The position numbers and the translations under genes were made by a program. DNA of 32,000 nt from contig NC_009925.1 of NCBI RefSeq assembly GCF_000018105.1, positions 5,070,001 to 5,102,000 on the forward strand. Direction: 5' to 3'. The notes beneath the pieces are model-generated. The model did not search any database, was not told the DNA's origin, and saw only the letters and a program-made list of their open reading frames with translations. The DNA comes from Acaryochloris marina MBIC11017. GTDB lineage: Bacteria; Cyanobacteriota; Cyanobacteriia; Thermosynechococcales; Thermosynechococcaceae. The first letter of the stretch is position 1. Each line of letters opens with the position of its first letter. This document shows, in pieces, positions 27,295 to 32,000 of this stretch.

Positions 27295-28743
27295 TTACTC
27301 TTCTTGAGGCCAAGTGAACTTGAACGTTGTACCATGATTGACCTCAGATTCGATCTGGATACTTCCCCCTTTAGATTCGATGATCTTCTTGACAATTGAT
27401 AGGCCAATCCCTGTGTTTTCTGTTGCGTCGCGACTATCTAAGACTTGAAAGATTTTAAAGATCTTATCGTGATAATCCTCGGCGATACCTGGACCATCAT
27501 CACTAACCATAAACTCATAAAAATCCAATTGCTTTTGCTCTGAGATACGAATATGCCCCTCTGATTGGTGATGATGTTTGATGGCATTGCTCAGTAGGTT
27601 GCTAAAGACCTGCTGTAATTGGAGGGTATCCGTTTTTAGAGTGGGCATTGGCCCCACAATCTCAATCTTGAATTCGGCAGGGGGAGCCAACGAATCGATG
27701 ATGTCAGCCAGTAAGTCTCCGACCCTAACCGTTTCTATCGTGGATTGGCGGCGACCTACCCGAGAAAATTGCAGCAGCCCATTAATCAAGGCCTCCATAC
27801 GATGAACCCGTTTTCGCAGCAAGTTCATCTGGTAGCGGTTTTCTTCGTCTAGTTTTTCGTCGAGATCTTCTTCAATCCACTCAGAAAGATTGGCAATCGC
27901 TCGCAAAGGCGCTTTCAGGTCATGGGAAACCACATAAGTAAACTGGTCTAGCTCTTTATTGCGATCGGCTAAGGTGAGATTTGCCGTTGCCAAAATACGG
28001 TTCGTGGCAGCTAATTCATCCCCTCGGCGCAGCATTTGTTTTTCCGTTTGCCGATACAAAGACAATGCGGCAGCAATCCCCAGCAGGCTAATTACACCAG
28101 ACACCCCCAATAGGGCATCATTGACAAACCTAGCTTGGTTCAGACGGGTGCGACGTCTAACTAATATTTCTTGCTCAGCATCTTTAAAGTCTTGCAAGGA
28201 TTGCCGAACTGCATCCATCCGGGCTTTCCCTTGTTCCACTAAAGCCCCGAGGCGAGGGGCCTGGGGTGCAAATCGAAAGTCATTTTCAATTTGCTTCAGG
28301 GTTTTAGCAAGAATATCCAGTTCTTGTTGGATTAAAAGTTTTAGCTCAGTAATCTGTTGGCTTTGTTCTGGGTTTTCTTGAACCTGTTGAGATAATGCCT
28401 GTAGCGTTGGCTCAATTTCAGGTAATGCCTCTCGATAAGAAACCAGAAATTTTTGGTCTTCGGTGAGTCCATAGCCCCGAATGCCTGTCTCTGCATTGAT
28501 TAAGGCGTTTAAGAGTTGATCGCTGGTGCGCAATACCTTTTGGGTATGGACGATCTGTCGGTAGGTAAAATCTTCATTCTTGCGAGTGCCGATCCAGGCC
28601 GCCATCGTGATTAACAGACAGGTTAAAGGGATGGCTAAAATAACGGTTCCTTGGCGCGTTAGGGATAGGTTCGTCCAGAGGTACAGGATGGATTTTCCCT
28701 TTGCAGATTTTTTGGCTTTAGACGTTTGCTCGGCTTGTCCCAT
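27295..28743 (-). CDS. Sensor histidine kinase with a CHASE3 extracytoplasmic domain
   Basis: TM helix, then a CHASE3-like region (LINAETGIRGYGLTEDQKFLVSYREA), a second TM helix, HisKA (FTYVVSHDLKAPLRAI), and a HATPase_c domain (NLLSNAIKH, DDGPGI, GIGLSIV). Confidence 0.9.
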   Translation of the reverse strand: MGQAEQTSKAKKSAKGKSILYLWTNLSLTRQGTVILAIPLTCLLITMAAWIGTRKNEDFTYRQIVHTQKVLRTSDQLLNALINAETGIRGYGLTEDQKFLVSYREALPEIEPTLQALSQQVQENPEQSQQITELKLLIQQELDILAKTLKQIENDFRFAPQAPRLGALVEQGKARMDAVRQSLQDFKDAEQEILVRRRTRLNQARFVNDALLGVSGVISLLGIAAALSLYRQTEKQMLRRGDELAATNRILATANLTLADRNKELDQFTYVVSHDLKAPLRAIANLSEWIEEDLDEKLDEENRYQMNLLRKRVHRMEALINGLLQFSRVGRRQSTIETVRVGDLLADIIDSLAPPAEFKIEIVGPMPTLKTDTLQLQQVFSNLLSNAIKHHHQSEGHIRISEQKQLDFYEFMVSDDGPGIAEDYHDKIFKIFQVLDSRDATENTGIGLSIVKKIIESKGGSIQIESEVNHGTTFKFTWPQEE

Positions 28744-28781
28744 AGTGTTGCAACGTTAGATTCAGTCTCCCTGGAAACTTA

Positions 28782-29498
28782 TTAAGTGACTAAGCCTGAC
28801 CGAAGGGCTCTGACGGCAGCTTGGGTTCGGTCATCGGCGCAGAGTTTATTCAAAATGCTGCGCACGTGAGTTTTGACGGTGCCGACGGAAATATAGAGCT
28901 TGTCTGCAATCACGGCGTTACTGCATCCTGCCACAATCAGTTCTAAAACTTCTAATTCGCGATCCGTTAACGGTTCTGTTTCTAGGATGGCTTGGTATTC
29001 CGGATCGGTGGCTTTAATTACTGTGGTGTCGGTTTCAGCATCTTGAGGAGTCTTTTTTGACGCTTTAGCCTGTTGCAAGACAATCCGAGCAATGTTGGGA
29101 TCAATCCAAGCATTGCCTTCATGGGTCAGCTGAATGGCGCTGAGTAAATCCTCGACACTAACTTCCTTGAGGCTGTAGGAATCTGCGCCAGCAGCAAAGG
29201 CCGCCAGTACGGCATCTTCACTGGTATTGGCTGTCAGCATCAGCACCTTAGTTTGCAAGCTGTCATCCGCTTGCTGGAATTGTTTGAGCTGTAGGGTGAC
29301 TTCAATGCCGTCGATGTCGGGCAAGCCAATATCCAAAATGGCAACATCGGGTTTGTATTGCTGAATCATCTCCAAACCCTGGCGACCATTGGCCGCCGAC
29401 CCGAGGACATCCACGGTCCCACTGTGCTGGAGCGCGGCGGTTAGGCCCACACGGCTGAGATCATGGTCTTCGATAATAACAACCTGAATTTTAGTCAT
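28782..29498 (-). CDS. Response regulator, NarL/FixJ family (REC plus LuxR-type HTH)
   Basis: REC domain (VVIIEDHDL...DVAILDIGLPDIDG...LMLTA) and a C-terminal LTDRELEVLELIVAGCSNAVIADKLYISVGTVKTHVRSILNKL. The interdomain linker is unusually long. Confidence 0.9.
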   Translation of the reverse strand: MTKIQVVIIEDHDLSRVGLTAALQHSGTVDVLGSAANGRQGLEMIQQYKPDVAILDIGLPDIDGIEVTLQLKQFQQADDSLQTKVLMLTANTSEDAVLAAFAAGADSYSLKEVSVEDLLSAIQLTHEGNAWIDPNIARIVLQQAKASKKTPQDAETDTTVIKATDPEYQAILETEPLTDRELEVLELIVAGCSNAVIADKLYISVGTVKTHVRSILNKLCADDRTQAAVRALRSGLVT

Positions 29499-29542
29499 GG
29501 ATTCGCCTTGTTAACGGGTGAGTAAGAGGAGCAGGAAACGGA

Positions 29543-30505
29543 CTAGGGTGCCGTTAAAGATAGGTCGTTCAGAGGAGAATGTTCGTTTGACTTCAATGGG
29601 GATATACCGATCGTGGCACTGATTGCTTTGGCTTGCTCAACATTGTCGGCAATCGTTTGGCAAATGTCATCGATGGGTAAATCATTGGCATCTTGGCCAA
29701 AGGGGTTATCCAATTCTCGTCCCACCTCTTCCAGTCCCAGCAGGATAAAGCTCACCACCGCCACCATGGGCACTGCCCATCCATGAATCTCAGGCACCCA
29801 ACGGAAGGGTAAGCCCACACAGTAAATCAGGATCAACCGTTTCAAGTAAATTCGATAGGCAATGGGAAGGGGAGTAGAGCGAATGCGTTCACAGCTACTG
29901 ATTCCTTCAATCATTTTGCCAAGAGCCTGGTCAAGATTGGAAGCTTGGTTACTGTCGATATAGCCTTGCTGCAGCGCCTGTTGCAGGTGCATCCCGATCC
30001 AAAACGTGATTTGCAAGGGAGGATGCTGGGCGTCTGCCAAAATTTGCGCTTGCTCAGGTGTAATTAGGTCTTGCAGGGTGTCACCGATGGGTTCTGATCG
30101 CAGGTGCAGTTTTGTGGCTAGGGCAATGGCAACGAGTAGATTGAGTAGGGTGTCTCGATCCGTGGATGGGGTGGCTTTGGGGGAGGGCCAAAGTAAAGCA
30201 ACCTGACGAGCAAAGTTGCGGCTATTAACGACCAGTGTTCCCCAAGCTTTGCGGCCATCCCAAAACCGATCGTAGGCCGTGTTAGTGCGAAACACGAGCA
30301 GTAAGCCCAAGACCAGGTTGTAGACCACATTGGTGGTTAAGTCACCGATTTCTTGGAGGTAGATGGGGTAGTCAAAATAGTCAAGACTACAGATGGCCAA
30401 GGTAAACCCGGTAAAGGCCAGAATTCGAGGCAGGATAATGCCCGCGACGGAGCCGTCGAGTCTGAAAGTGGTTGCTAGCCAATTCGATTTGGTTGGAGTA
30501 TACAT
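29543..30505 (-). CDS. Bestrophin-family (YneE/UPF0187) putative anion channel
   Basis: 320 aa with TM helices and the conserved block FRTNTAYDRFWDGRKAWG, which is characteristic of bacterial bestrophin homologs. Confidence 0.75.
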   Translation of the reverse strand: MYTPTKSNWLATTFRLDGSVAGIILPRILAFTGFTLAICSLDYFDYPIYLQEIGDLTTNVVYNLVLGLLLVFRTNTAYDRFWDGRKAWGTLVVNSRNFARQVALLWPSPKATPSTDRDTLLNLLVAIALATKLHLRSEPIGDTLQDLITPEQAQILADAQHPPLQITFWIGMHLQQALQQGYIDSNQASNLDQALGKMIEGISSCERIRSTPLPIAYRIYLKRLILIYCVGLPFRWVPEIHGWAVPMVAVVSFILLGLEEVGRELDNPFGQDANDLPIDDICQTIADNVEQAKAISATIGISPLKSNEHSPLNDLSLTAP

Positions 30506-30513
30506 AGTGTCGT

Positions 30514-30954
30514 TTAGCTGGAAAGATTGAGTTCGTCGGCTTGGGTTTCAATAAACAGCCGCATGCGACGAACGTTGCGATAGTTGGCGGCCTGGGATTG
30601 CGCTTGGTAAAGGGCTGCCGCTTGGTTTAAATCTGAGATCGCACGTTCATATTGCTCTTGCAAATAATGAACCCAACCTCGCTGCTCCAGAATTTGTGGG
30701 TTTTGTCCAGCGGAGAGATCTACCGCTTTATTAAAGGCTTGGAGGCTATTGATATAATCCTCGACAATCAAAGCATTCATTCCCACCGTTTGCCAGTCCT
30801 GAGCCGTTTGTAGCGTGTCAGGTAGAGGCTGGCGAACGGTGATGGGTCTTTTAAAGCTGCGGTGCTGCTCTGCAGGTGTTGCCGTTGCTATTCCAGGTAG
30901 AACGCTATTAAAGACAATTACTAAACATAAGGTTGGTACTAATCTCAAAGGCAT
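30514..30954 (-). CDS. Secreted TPR-like repeat protein
   Basis: 146 aa with a signal peptide (LCLVIVFNSVLPGIATA) and two or three TPR-like helical pairs (YINSLQAFNKAVDL, YERAISDLNQAAALY). Its stop lies 8 nt before the bestrophin start. Confidence 0.55.
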   Translation of the reverse strand: MPLRLVPTLCLVIVFNSVLPGIATATPAEQHRSFKRPITVRQPLPDTLQTAQDWQTVGMNALIVEDYINSLQAFNKAVDLSAGQNPQILEQRGWVHYLQEQYERAISDLNQAAALYQAQSQAANYRNVRRMRLFIETQADELNLSS

Positions 30955-31190
30955 AAATAGCTCGTGTCATTACTAATCTCCACCTTAGAAAATTCAGGAG
31001 CTTCATACATCTTCTAAAAGACAGGATTATGTCTCTCTCCAAAGATAGAGATGGATAAAAATTTGAGTCATTTATGGATCACAATCTCTACCTTAGGGAG
31101 GATGGCCAGAACTATAAGTTACGGCTAGAGGTAGAGGAGAGTCTTCGGTAGCTTCCTATTAAATGTAACTATCAGATTTAGCCTTAACTC

Positions 31191-32000
31191 ATGAAATACG
31201 ACCATCAGCTCTTAACCGATCCTCAGACATCTGCCCCTAAGACGGGTGGTATTGCTTACCAGGAAGCCCTCAAAAAATGGTCAGAACGGCCTACTCAGCT
31301 CTTATCGCCATCCCAGTCCTTGCTAAGTTTGGAGTCCGTTGGACGGACTGATGTCGGGCTTAATCGCTCCCACAACGAAGATTACTTTTCGATTGATCAG
31401 CAGCACTTTTGCACGCCTGATCTTCCTGATGGTGGCTATCGAGGTCTCTATATCCTTTGTGATGGCATGGGGGGCATGGCTAGAGGAGAAGTGGCAAGTG
31501 AACTGGCGACTAAAACCCTACGGAGTTATCTGAATAGCCGCTGGCAACGCCATTTACCTACTGAAATTGGTTTAGAACTGGCTATTAATACGGCCAATAA
31601 AGCAGTCTATGAACGCAACCAGAGAGAGCAGCGTGCTGGCTCGGGCCGCATGGGAACCACTGCCGTTGTGGTAATGGTAAATAATACCCACATTAGATAT
31701 GTCCATATTGGAGACAGTCGCCTGTATCGATTGACACGACAATATGGTCTGCAGCAATTAACCACCGATCACAATGCCTATCAGCGGGCTTTGCAGCGGG
31801 GCTACTCCCCAGAAGAAGCGCAAGCCTTTGGGCCACAATTGACCAAAGCCTTAGGACCTTGGTCTGGGGAATCGCTCCGCCCTAAGTCTCAAACCTTAGC
31901 GGTGGAAGAAGATACGGTCTTTCTCCTCTGCTCTGATGGCCTCAGCGATCACGATTTATTGGAAAACCATGCCAATAGTCATTTAATGGGAATGTTGGAT
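31191..32000 (+). CDS. PP2C-family Ser/Thr protein phosphatase, partial (C-terminus beyond the window)
   Basis: By hand translation the frame is open from the ATG at 31191 to the window end (270 codons). Motifs: GRTDVGLNRSHNEDYF, LYILCDGMGGMARGEVAS, GTTAVVV, HIGDSRLY, LLCSDGLSD. It is missing from the ORF track because there is no stop in the window. Confidence 0.85.
   Translation, partial: MKYDHQLLTDPQTSAPKTGGIAYQEALKKWSERPTQLLSPSQSLLSLESVGRTDVGLNRSHNEDYFSIDQQHFCTPDLPDGGYRGLYILCDGMGGMARGEVASELATKTLRSYLNSRWQRHLPTEIGLELAINTANKAVYERNQREQRAGSGRMGTTAVVVMVNNTHIRYVHIGDSRLYRLTRQYGLQQLTTDHNAYQRALQRGYSPEEAQAFGPQLTKALGPWSGESLRPKSQTLAVEEDTVFLLCSDGLSDHDLLENHANSHLMGMLD

Noticed and set aside
31339-31757. 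64-aa (+) and 61-aa (-) ORFs in the last kilobase
   Set aside because: Both are out of frame with, or antisense to, the PP2C phosphatase frame, which is open from 31191 to the window end and carries the family motifs.

Overview
Chromosomal segment that looks cyanobacterial: it carries psbU, a small psbT-like ORF, a DevBCA-type exporter and 11 perfect HIP1 octamers (GCGATCGC). I can support about 30 genes. In order: partial L-lactate dehydrogenase; a CFA-synthase-like methyltransferase; a minus-strand unit of 67-aa, 143-aa and 1640-aa ORFs (the last a HEAT-repeat/DUF4132-type giant of unknown function) divergent from recA; a co-directional recA-VOC-VOC-recD2 run; an amidohydrolase; tetR plus a devBCA-like tripartite ABC exporter, bracketed by two copies of a MITE-like repeat; two paralogous proline-rich single-pass membrane proteins plus a DUF1328 protein; a 1.1-kb AT-rich ORF-free gap; psbU; a TLP40/CYP38-like cyclophilin; an M50/CBS protease; Usp; HdeD; the orphan psbT-like ORF (below the ORF-track cutoff); a TPR-bestrophin-NarL regulator-CHASE3 kinase operon; and a partial PP2C phosphatase. 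I recognised no rRNA, tRNA, CRISPR array or intact transposase. The best candidate for an undescribed system is the 7995->2347 minus-strand unit. The 143-aa protein ends in ...FIRLVALVGG-stop (ubiquitin/ThiS-like tail) and is translationally coupled to the giant. The unit lacks the MoxR/vWA/SWIM partners that I recall accompanying DUF4132 genes in E. coli. It sits back-to-back with recA, and LexA-box-like motifs overlap both promoter-like elements. Every family assignment comes from reading motifs by eye and needs HMM or BLAST confirmation.
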